From a virus, in IMG/VR virus record IMGVR_UViG_3300042888_000160, positions 14,392 through 78,391 of that record: a stretch of DNA of 64,000 nucleotides; one strand, written 5' to 3'. The first letter of the stretch is position 1, and the number at the start of each line of letters is the position of its first letter. The notes beneath the pieces were generated by a model. The model ran no database searches and was not told where the DNA came from. It saw nothing but the letters and a program-made list of their open reading frames with translations. A program made the translations under genes and the position numbers. Of this stretch, positions 8,556-16,285 are shown one piece after another.

Positions 8556-9565
8556 AAATTGTACAAGTGGCAACAGGACTTATCAGTATCCCACCTAATG
8601 GTTGGGGAGCTGTAGAACGTATTATCTGGGAGTATGCTAGCAATCTGCAACTAATGGATGTTGATGTAGAGATCAAGAACTGGAATGACGTAGTGTACGA
8701 AGAGAACACTATCGTACACTGTCATATGGCTAACACAGCTATTGATATGCGTGATAGAGGAATTCCCTACATCTACTCACTACATGATCACCATGCTGAA
8801 TGGTATGGTAAAGAAAGTGGCGTGTATAAGAATAACCTAGCTGCTATTAAAGGATCTATTATATCTATCTGCCATAGTAGACATGTAGTTGATTACTTTA
8901 ATGATACAGATAAGTTGTTCTATCTACCACATGGTGTCAATATAGACTTCTTCAAACCCATCCTACCAGATGAGCGTTTAGATAAAAAACTATTAATGAT
9001 CTGTAACAATGGACTAGCAGGTGACAGTACTATTGATCGTAAAGGATTCAGGATAGCAATTGAAGCAGCTAAGTGGTTTAATCTACCAATAACTATTGCT
9101 GGTCCTGAGAATAACCATGCGTTCTTTGAAGGACATAAAGATCTATTAGAGTATGAAAAGTTAACTCTTAAGTTAACAAATCCTACAGATAATGAAACCT
9201 TAGAGTTATATCAGACACACAGCATCTTCATGGCTCCATCATTCTTAGAGTATGGACATCCTAACTTATCCATTCTAGAAGCAATGAGTTGTGGGTTACC
9301 AATTGTTGGTACATGTAATGTAGGTATACCTGGCATGTATAGGATGTCAGAGGTCAGTACGAAGGAAGCAAGAAAAGGACTAGCAACATTAGATAGAGAT
9401 TGGTTTAAATATCACACTGATCAATTACAAGAGCGTGATAGACATAGTTGGTATGCTGTATGTAAACAACTTAAGAAGTTCTACAATGCTGCTAGCATCG
9501 TTACACAAAAGTGGGCTGATGATGATACAAAAAATGCATACATAAACGTATACAATGGATTATAG
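8552..9565 (+). CDS. GT4-family glycosyltransferase
   Basis: IPPNGWGAVERII, PHGVNIDFFKP, RKG, PNLSILEAMSCGLPIVG. Confidence 0.88.
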   Translation: MKIVQVATGLISIPPNGWGAVERIIWEYASNLQLMDVDVEIKNWNDVVYEENTIVHCHMANTAIDMRDRGIPYIYSLHDHHAEWYGKESGVYKNNLAAIKGSIISICHSRHVVDYFNDTDKLFYLPHGVNIDFFKPILPDERLDKKLLMICNNGLAGDSTIDRKGFRIAIEAAKWFNLPITIAGPENNHAFFEGHKDLLEYEKLTLKLTNPTDNETLELYQTHSIFMAPSFLEYGHPNLSILEAMSCGLPIVGTCNVGIPGMYRMSEVSTKEARKGLATLDRDWFKYHTDQLQERDRHSWYAVCKQLKKFYNAASIVTQKWADDDTKNAYINVYNGL

Positions 9566-10631
9566 ATTATATAATATTGATGGTCTCTACTTTGAATTAG
9601 TAGATAGCTACGACAATAAAGAATACCAATGTGCGTTTATTGAAGAACGCAATGGCGTACGTACAGAAATCTACAAGGACAACCTGAAGAAGGGTATGTG
9701 GATGAAGTGCAATAAACGTTACATTGGTAACTTCTTTGTAGAGATTAGAAATGACAAAGGTGTATTAAAAGAGCGTATCAGTTTCTTACATCACCTCAAA
9801 GACAAACGTGTATTCATTAGCTTTGATAGCTCAGCATTAGGTGATACCATTGCATGGTTTCCTTATATGTTAGAATTCCAACAACATTATCAGTGCAAAG
9901 TTATTGTGTCTACGTTCAAGAACTGGATGTTTAAAGATGTCTATCCTGAATTAGAGTTTGTTGAACCAGGATCATCTGTAGAGAATATTGTAGCTATGCC
10001 ACAGCTAGGATGGTTCTGGGATAAGGATAAAGAACCTGTCAATCCTGTAACAATACCACTGCAGAAGTCAGCTACGAATATCTTAAATCTACCATACAAA
10101 GAACTACGACCAAGGATCATTGATCTACCAGGAATGTTACTAGAGAATGAGAGGTATATATGCATCTCTACAAAGAGTACAGCTCAGTGTAAACTATGGG
10201 ATAAGTGGCCAGAACTTATACAAGCCTTAAAAGATCAGGGATATAGAGTGATAGAACTATCTGAAGGTGCAGATGATTTTGGTGCAGAAACGTTAGAGAA
10301 TACATCATTAGAGAGTGTCATCAATCATCTTAAAGGATGCGAGTTCTATATAGGATTATCTAGTGGTATAAGTTGGTTAGCTTGGGCTTTAGAAACTAAG
10401 GTTATAATGATTGCCAACTTTACTAATAGTGAACACGAGTTTGAATGTATACGTATAGAGAATAGATCTGTATGCAATGGATGCTGGAATAATCCTATGT
10501 TTAGATTCAATCGTGGTAACTGGAACTGGTGTCCTGAACATGAAGATACTCCTAGGCAACATGAGTGCCATAAGAGTATCTCTGTTAATGATGTACTATC
10601 TAAATGTATCTCCTCCCACCCAAACAACTAA
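9555..10631 (+). CDS. Aah/TibC-like (autotransporter heptosyltransferase family) protein O-glycosyltransferase
   Basis: RVFISFDSSALGDTIAWFPY..EFQ..YQC, FYIGLSSGISWLAWA..TKVIMIANFT..EHEF, and Cys motif CNGCWN...WCP...EC. Confidence 0.85.
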   Translation: MDYRLYNIDGLYFELVDSYDNKEYQCAFIEERNGVRTEIYKDNLKKGMWMKCNKRYIGNFFVEIRNDKGVLKERISFLHHLKDKRVFISFDSSALGDTIAWFPYMLEFQQHYQCKVIVSTFKNWMFKDVYPELEFVEPGSSVENIVAMPQLGWFWDKDKEPVNPVTIPLQKSATNILNLPYKELRPRIIDLPGMLLENERYICISTKSTAQCKLWDKWPELIQALKDQGYRVIELSEGADDFGAETLENTSLESVINHLKGCEFYIGLSSGISWLAWALETKVIMIANFTNSEHEFECIRIENRSVCNGCWNNPMFRFNRGNWNWCPEHEDTPRQHECHKSISVNDVLSKCISSHPNN

Positions 10632-11189
10632 AGACTTTCTTGTTCCCTTAGTTATTGGTGTCACTCTGTGCATTAAATAGCTAGGGAATAAGACAGCAAA
10701 CGATTGTTCTCTAGGAGCTTGTTTTGGTTCTCTACCTACCCAGAACTCAAGGTCTCCACCTTCATAGTCATCAGGATTAGATAACTGAATAGTTATACTT
10801 ATCTTTCTATTGTTTTGTGGATAGTCACCTACATCCATATGCCAATCATAGTGACCACCATTCTCATAGTATTCTGTATACTGAATAGGATCTGTAATAG
10901 AGTTGATTGTAAAGCCCCATGATTTATTAGCCTCATTGATAAATGTTACTAACTTATCATATACCCACCAAGACCTTTCATCATGGTGTATCCATTTTAT
11001 CCTAGACTTCCTTATAGACGTATCTATCTCTGAAATCTCATCTGCACCTATTGTAGCGTCATGATATGGATATAGCTCCTGTAAATTACCTATCCACTCT
11101 AGCTCTTCTTTAGTAAACGAATTACTTATAAAGTAAGGACTTGTTTGATAATAATTTGGGTTGGTTTCAAATACTGGTCTAATGTGCAT
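10596..11189 (-). CDS. 2OG-Fe(II) oxygenase (prolyl-hydroxylase/PKHD-like); likely start 11189 rather than 11228
   Basis: YDWHMD, RKISITIQLS..DYEGGDLEF, FPSYLMHRVTPITKGTRKSLVVW: intact HxD...H...R. Confidence 0.9.
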   Translation of the reverse strand: MHIRPVFETNPNYYQTSPYFISNSFTKEELEWIGNLQELYPYHDATIGADEISEIDTSIRKSRIKWIHHDERSWWVYDKLVTFINEANKSWGFTINSITDPIQYTEYYENGGHYDWHMDVGDYPQNNRKISITIQLSNPDDYEGGDLEFWVGREPKQAPREQSFAVLFPSYLMHRVTPITKGTRKSLVVWVGGDTFR

Positions 11190-11754
11190 TATATAGTTGT
11201 TTGGGTACATAGAACCCATAAGAGACATTCAATCTCATTCTAGATCCCTCATTGATTACACTAGCATGTTTAACTAAAGATGCTTCACACATCCACATTC
11301 CTTTCTCACCTACATCTAATACTTCTCCATCGTAGATAGGTTGCCCACCTGAGTTAGGCATAGACACTATAACATTATATCTACGAATGTTATAATCTTC
11401 ATATTCATCAGTTGTTAAATCAGTGTGTGGTTCTACAAACGCATCTTCGTCTGTCATCCCAAACCAATCTCCTAAAGATGGATCACTAATAATTGGCTCA
11501 CATATTCCCTCCACTTCAATAATTCTTTTTTTGATTTCATCTACTAGAGGATGTGGATCAAGGTCATGTCTTTGTTTAAGAGCAACTGTATCAATAGTTC
11601 TACGTATCAACATATCATACTTAGAGTTATAGCCATTAGATACAGCATGGTTCATTATATCTTGTATAGATAATATATATTGACGAAGAATCTTTTGTTC
11701 TTCATCAGTTATAAAATTATCGTAACAGTATGTTTTACCAACTAATCTCTTCAT
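11179..11754 (-). CDS. 2OG-Fe(II) oxygenase-like protein
   Basis: VEPHTD, SGGQP, KHAS, RLNVSYG: HxD...H...RxxxS. Confidence 0.75.
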   Translation of the reverse strand: MKRLVGKTYCYDNFITDEEQKILRQYILSIQDIMNHAVSNGYNSKYDMLIRRTIDTVALKQRHDLDPHPLVDEIKKRIIEVEGICEPIISDPSLGDWFGMTDEDAFVEPHTDLTTDEYEDYNIRRYNVIVSMPNSGGQPIYDGEVLDVGEKGMWMCEASLVKHASVINEGSRMRLNVSYGFYVPKQLYNAH

Positions 11755-12322
11755 TTGTTTCGAATATAATGTTAATTGCTATCGCAGCCTTTGTTGTAAT
11801 TGGAGATGTATTAGCAGAATATGTATTAGACTTAAACAATAGAGCACACCCTTCTACAGGAGTTTGTCTATGATTAATTGTTAATTCTATAGGATCATAT
11901 GAATAACTCTCATTAAATAATACAGTGTCACCATCTGAGTTGTTAACATAATATATTAATGTGTATGTATTATCATCAACTTTATTATTTGTAAATGGTG
12001 TATGATATTTATCACTACCTTTAGGTAACATAGAACATGATGCATGTATCATTCTACTGCACACAATACCTTCGTTCTCTTCAAGGTTCTTCATTATCTT
12101 TTGCACAAACTCTATGTACTCTGATAACATTTTATCATCAGCAAATAGTATGTGACTAAATTTAACTACATCATCTACATCAATGCTATCAGTGATGCTT
12201 TCTTTATTTAGATAATTCTTCTTAGAAGAATCTTGATAGAACCATTGAAAGTAATCATTTGATAGAAGACGTTTGATCCTATCTTTATAATTTTCATGTA
12301 CAAGGTTTTCTATAAACTTCAT
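11735..12322 (-). CDS. 2OG-Fe(II) oxygenase-fold protein with degenerate metal ligands
   Basis: LIYYVNNSDGDTVLF core typical of phage 2OG-Fe(II) proteins, but TPFTN and TYSAN in place of TPHxD and YHAS. Confidence 0.65.
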   Translation of the reverse strand: MKFIENLVHENYKDRIKRLLSNDYFQWFYQDSSKKNYLNKESITDSIDVDDVVKFSHILFADDKMLSEYIEFVQKIMKNLEENEGIVCSRMIHASCSMLPKGSDKYHTPFTNNKVDDNTYTLIYYVNNSDGDTVLFNESYSYDPIELTINHRQTPVEGCALLFKSNTYSANTSPITTKAAIAINIIFETNEEISW

Positions 12323-12657
12323 GATAATAAATGTCTAGTAATAATAGTTAATGAAATACAAATCCAAATAGTGTTAAATGCAATCAATGTAGGTAGGCTC
12401 TTTCTCATACTAGCCCATATCAAAGCTGACGATGTAGCTAATGTCAAGAAGTGTAACCACCATATCTCTACACCAAATATAAGTCCAGGAATAATGATGA
12501 CAGCTTTAGCCAACCATGCAGCTGCCTCAATACTATTGTAGTCTGTCCAATATTCTTTTGAAAGATACATCTTGTACCTATCCATGATTTTTGCATTACC
12601 TATTAAGTAATATAAAACTAATAGATAAATTATAAATACTATAGGATAAATCATCAT
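12319..12657 (-). CDS. Small multi-pass membrane protein
   Basis: About four hydrophobic segments; overlapped in operon with neighbours. Confidence 0.7.
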   Translation of the reverse strand: MMIYPIVFIIYLLVLYYLIGNAKIMDRYKMYLSKEYWTDYNSIEAAAWLAKAVIIIPGLIFGVEIWWLHFLTLATSSALIWASMRKSLPTLIAFNTIWICISLTIITRHLLS

Positions 12658-13274
12658 TTAATTGTTGTGTTTAAACAAACGTTACCTGCAATGATCACTC
12701 GATCAAGCGTTGAGTTAGGACTTAGTTCTGGTCTATGGGGAAGTAACGAATCCCACATGTATAAACATCCCTCTTCAGGAAAGAACTTAAATACATTAGA
12801 ATCATCTCTAGTATAATCATGAGCCTGTTTAAAGAATATCTTACCTTCATCACCTACACAGTTGTCAGGTGTTTGTATGTAGTATATCCAAGTGTATGAT
12901 GTTGGTAAACCAATATCCTTCTTTGAAAATATTACATGGTCATGATAAGCTGATATAGGATTACTAGCTGTAGATATGTATATCCAAGTTGCAGCAAGAG
13001 AACTATATATTGTTTCTCTAGGGTATTCTTGTTTATATATATCAAGACTTGCATCACATGACTTCTTTTTGATTAATGTTAACTGATCACCAGTCATTAA
13101 ATCACTAGACATCTGTATACCAGGCAGCCCTGTACTCTCATCATTATACTCTCTGTCAAAAAATAGATAATTCTTATTAGTATATATCTCCTTCAACAAA
13201 GCCTCTTTATCAATACCTTCTAGTTTTGTCTTGAAGATATTGATATTCCCATTACTTAGTTTTTCGTAGTTCAT
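12654..13274 (-). CDS. Putative 2OG-Fe(II) oxygenase (HxH-type)
   Basis: AYHDH, WIYYIQTP..EGKIFF, PEEG..MWDS.LPHRP, RVIIAGN. Confidence 0.7.
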   Translation of the reverse strand: MNYEKLSNGNINIFKTKLEGIDKEALLKEIYTNKNYLFFDREYNDESTGLPGIQMSSDLMTGDQLTLIKKKSCDASLDIYKQEYPRETIYSSLAATWIYISTASNPISAYHDHVIFSKKDIGLPTSYTWIYYIQTPDNCVGDEGKIFFKQAHDYTRDDSNVFKFFPEEGCLYMWDSLLPHRPELSPNSTLDRVIIAGNVCLNTTIK

Positions 13275-14827
13275 TAATTCTCTCGAATGTATTTTACTAA
13301 TGTACTATGATGTGCTAATGTAGCCAAGTTGATATCCATATTGATATAAAATGATGGACTCACTTTACCAATTCTTTCACGTCTGATGTCACTCATCATT
13401 CCTGAATAGACTTCAGAAGCTTTATCTTTCTTAATAATACGTAATCCTTTGCCTACAGACTGCCAACTAGCTACATCATAAACATTACTAATAGTTCTAA
13501 TGAATCTAGAATCAGGAACTGTAAGCTCGCACTCATCTATAAACTGCTTAACCCTATCTGGTATCTTATTATTCTCTGTAAACTTAGACCAGAACTCTGT
13601 ATCTTTGCGTTTAGTTACATAATGTAAGTATACAAAGTCAAAAGTATAATCGTGATACTCAGTAACTAGTTTGTTATATCTATCAATATAGAATTGATTC
13701 TGCAAAATGTTTCCTAGTGTATTAGGTAGGAATGTATTAAGAGCATAGATACTTGTCATGATAGACGTAGCCTCTAATGGTTCAATGAACCCAGCTGACA
13801 ATCCAATAGCTATACAGTTCTTAACCCAAGGAGTTTCATAGCGTCCACCTTCAAATGTAAAAGATTTAGCACCAAACTCTACACCAATACCAAACTTCTC
13901 TAACACTTCTTCTCTTGCTTGCTCTTCTGTAATTTGTTTATCATCAAATACATATCCACAACCATAACGTCCTTCAACAGGAATAACCCAAGCCCAGCCA
14001 TACTTCATAGCAATGGCTTCAGTTTGGGGTAAGATGTTTTCGTCATCGTGTTGTATGAAGAAAGGGATAGCCCTGTTTACAGGAAGAGAATCTTTATAAG
14101 ATTTCCATGGAGCATTAAAGAACTCACCAATAATCTTACGTTTGAAACCTGTACAGTCGAATACAAAGTCTGCATCATATACATCTTTGTTAACTGTTTC
14201 TAATGATATAATATTACCTGTTTCATCAGTTAATATTCTAGATACTTCGTCATCAATATATCTAACTCGTCTTGTTACAGCTACACGCTTTAAATACTTA
14301 GCAAGTAGTACAGCATCAAAGTGTAATGATAATGTGCCTACGCCATCGTATTGTGTTAGTATTGACTTATGATTTCCAAGATTAGAGTTTGCTTTTAGTT
14401 TAACTAATCCACGTGAAGATGCTTGGGCACTAAACACACAGGTATCAAGATTATTAGCATTGATCATCTGATCTAATACAATAGCTGATATACCTGAATC
14501 ATCAAAGTCTGTTATGTTAAAGCAGTTATGTGTAGTTCCATCATAGAATGGATGAAAGTAAGAACGATCATCCCCATTCCAGTTAGTGAATTTAATACCA
14601 TTCTTAAATGTACCTTTAGCATATTTAACAACGTCTCCTATAGGAATGTCTAGTTTAGTTAAGAACTCAACAAAGTGTGGAGTGGTTCCTTCACCTGCAC
14701 CAATTATACCTATGTCAGAACTTGCAATTACTGTAACACTTGCCCAAGGATAGTAGTGAGATAGAAATAGTGCAGTCAGCCAACCAGCAGTTCCTGATCC
14801 AACTACTGTGAATTTATAAGTTTTCAT
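13274..14827 (-). CDS. Tryptophan-halogenase-family flavin-dependent halogenase
   Basis: VVGSGTAGW (FAD binding), GAGEGTTP, TFKNGIKF (catalytic Lys position), GWAWVIP (WxWxIP), FIEPLEATSI. Confidence 0.92.
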   Translation of the reverse strand: MKTYKFTVVGSGTAGWLTALFLSHYYPWASVTVIASSDIGIIGAGEGTTPHFVEFLTKLDIPIGDVVKYAKGTFKNGIKFTNWNGDDRSYFHPFYDGTTHNCFNITDFDDSGISAIVLDQMINANNLDTCVFSAQASSRGLVKLKANSNLGNHKSILTQYDGVGTLSLHFDAVLLAKYLKRVAVTRRVRYIDDEVSRILTDETGNIISLETVNKDVYDADFVFDCTGFKRKIIGEFFNAPWKSYKDSLPVNRAIPFFIQHDDENILPQTEAIAMKYGWAWVIPVEGRYGCGYVFDDKQITEEQAREEVLEKFGIGVEFGAKSFTFEGGRYETPWVKNCIAIGLSAGFIEPLEATSIMTSIYALNTFLPNTLGNILQNQFYIDRYNKLVTEYHDYTFDFVYLHYVTKRKDTEFWSKFTENNKIPDRVKQFIDECELTVPDSRFIRTISNVYDVASWQSVGKGLRIIKKDKASEVYSGMMSDIRRERIGKVSPSFYINMDINLATLAHHSTLVKYIREN

Positions 14828-14852
14828 AACTTAGTTGATTTAATTAGTTCAA

Positions 14853-14861
14853 CCAAAGTTA
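14853..14861 (-). promoter_or_regulatory. Bacteroidota -7 box upstream of the halogenase/oxygenase operon
   Basis: TAACTTTGG on - strand, 25 nt before ATG 14827; identical 9-mer to the one at 4002-4010; no clear -33 TTG. Confidence 0.6.
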
Positions 14862-14877
14862 ACAAATAATTCTTGTA

Positions 14878-15333
14878 TTAATCTAATGCTACATCCATTA
14901 TTTTTTCTAAGTATATTAGCTCCCAATTAACTATGTCTTCGTTCCAAACATAACGATGTTGTTTAACTAAGACTTTTCCAGGAACTCCTGTGTAAGCCAT
15001 CTCTTCAGGTATAACAATAAGATCAGGAAATGGTACAGGTGCTTCCCAAGTATATGTTGTTTCATTCACCACCCAAGATGGGTATGGTTTCTTAATAAGA
15101 AATACATCTCTAACTGGATCATACTTACCACCTATACTAGCATAGTTACCTCTAAAAGGAGTTCCACCAACCAAGTGTTTATTATGTATAGTGTTATATG
15201 ATGTTTTAATCCATCTACCAGGAATCATACATACATTATTAATATAGTCTTCACCACAATCTTCGTAATCGTCGCTAATTTTCATAACGTCGATCACAGT
15301 GTTGTCATCATCAAGTTGTGCGTAATGTGCCAT
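14878..15333 (-). CDS. Tail-fibre-associated protein; likely start MAHYAQL at 15333
   Basis: WIKTSYN...PFRGNYASIGGKYDPVRDVF...PYPSW...WEAPVP...YVWNE; typical partner of glycine-rich fibre proteins in aquatic phages. Confidence 0.7.
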   Translation of the reverse strand: MAHYAQLDDDNTVIDVMKISDDYEDCGEDYINNVCMIPGRWIKTSYNTIHNKHLVGGTPFRGNYASIGGKYDPVRDVFLIKKPYPSWVVNETTYTWEAPVPFPDLIVIPEEMAYTGVPGKVLVKQHRYVWNEDIVNWELIYLEKIMDVALD

Positions 15334-15335
15334 AA

Positions 15336-16283
15336 TTAACAATAAGTATACATAGATGTACCACCATAATATATATGATAGGTAAGACTTCCCCAATAGT
15401 TTCCATCAGTTCCTCTAGAACCACCAGGATATTGGATCTGAACTCTACCACTTCCACCAGATCCTGCATTCTGTGAATTGTTAGGTCGATTACCACAACC
15501 TCCACCACCTCCACCAGTTCCTCCAGCTTTGTTAGTAGCATTACAGTTACCACCACCACCAGCACCATCAGTTCTTGTAGGTGTTCCACCATTAGCATTA
15601 CCAGCCCAAGAGCATTGGTTATTCTCACCAGCTGATCCTCCTCCTCCACCACCTTCAGTAGTTTCGTTTACTTCAACATGAAATTCACCATCTCCACCCC
15701 AACCATTAGCATACTCACCATGAGATCCAGCTGATCCTCCTCCTCCTCCTCCACCTCCACGAACATTACCACCACCAGGTCCACCAGGATATCCATTACC
15801 CCAAGATGAACCACCATCTGACCAACGCATTCCTCCTCCACCAGCACCTCCACCTCCCCAACCTCCATTACCAGCAGACCAATCAGAACCACTTCCTCCA
15901 CCACCTCCTGCATAACACTCTTGGCCATTGAAAGCTGAATATCCACCATAGCTACCTTGAGCTCCTGGTTGTCCAGCTCCTCCACCTCCTACAGATACAG
16001 GATAAGTTTGATTCTTATATAAAGTCATGTAACCACTAGAAGAAGCACCTGCTCCTCCTCCCCCTCCTCCACCAAAGTTACCTCCTCCACCTCCACCACC
16101 ACCAGCTCTTACCATCCATGCTACACTAAAACCAAATGTGTAGCCATAGAATTCACTCATAGCATCTGGAGCAGTCTTACACGCTGTTCTACTTAATGAG
16201 CCTAATTGATAGTTACCATTTATTGGGGCTAACTCATTACGTATGATTGACATACTTAATTGACCTGAACTTGGGATTGTCAT
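15336..16283 (-). CDS. Glycine-rich protein, probable fibre tip or adhesin
   Basis: N-terminal MTIPSSGQLSMS.I..E...MSEFYG anchor-like motif and many GGGGG/AG runs. Confidence 0.75.
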   Translation of the reverse strand: MTIPSSGQLSMSIIRNELAPINGNYQLGSLSRTACKTAPDAMSEFYGYTFGFSVAWMVRAGGGGGGGGNFGGGGGGGAGASSSGYMTLYKNQTYPVSVGGGGAGQPGAQGSYGGYSAFNGQECYAGGGGGSGSDWSAGNGGWGGGGAGGGGMRWSDGGSSWGNGYPGGPGGGNVRGGGGGGGGSAGSHGEYANGWGGDGEFHVEVNETTEGGGGGGSAGENNQCSWAGNANGGTPTRTDGAGGGGNCNATNKAGGTGGGGGGCGNRPNNSQNAGSGGSGRVQIQYPGGSRGTDGNYWGSLTYHIYYGGTSMYTYC

Positions 16284-16285
16284 AA

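Noticed and set aside
4026-10631. Host LPS/capsule locus or chimeric contig
   Set aside because: No flippase, polymerase or nucleotide-sugar genes; overlaps a gene of the phage-strand operon; similar composition and promoter style; no integrase or att site seen
4026-10631. DNA hypermodification role for the glycosyltransferases
   Set aside because: Not excluded but less favoured: families resemble protein and glycan transferases and lie among virion genes, with no base-modifying or replication genes in the window
15311-15985. Poly-Pro and Val/Glu-rich ORFs over the glycine-rich gene
   Set aside because: Antisense and frame shadows of poly-Gly codons
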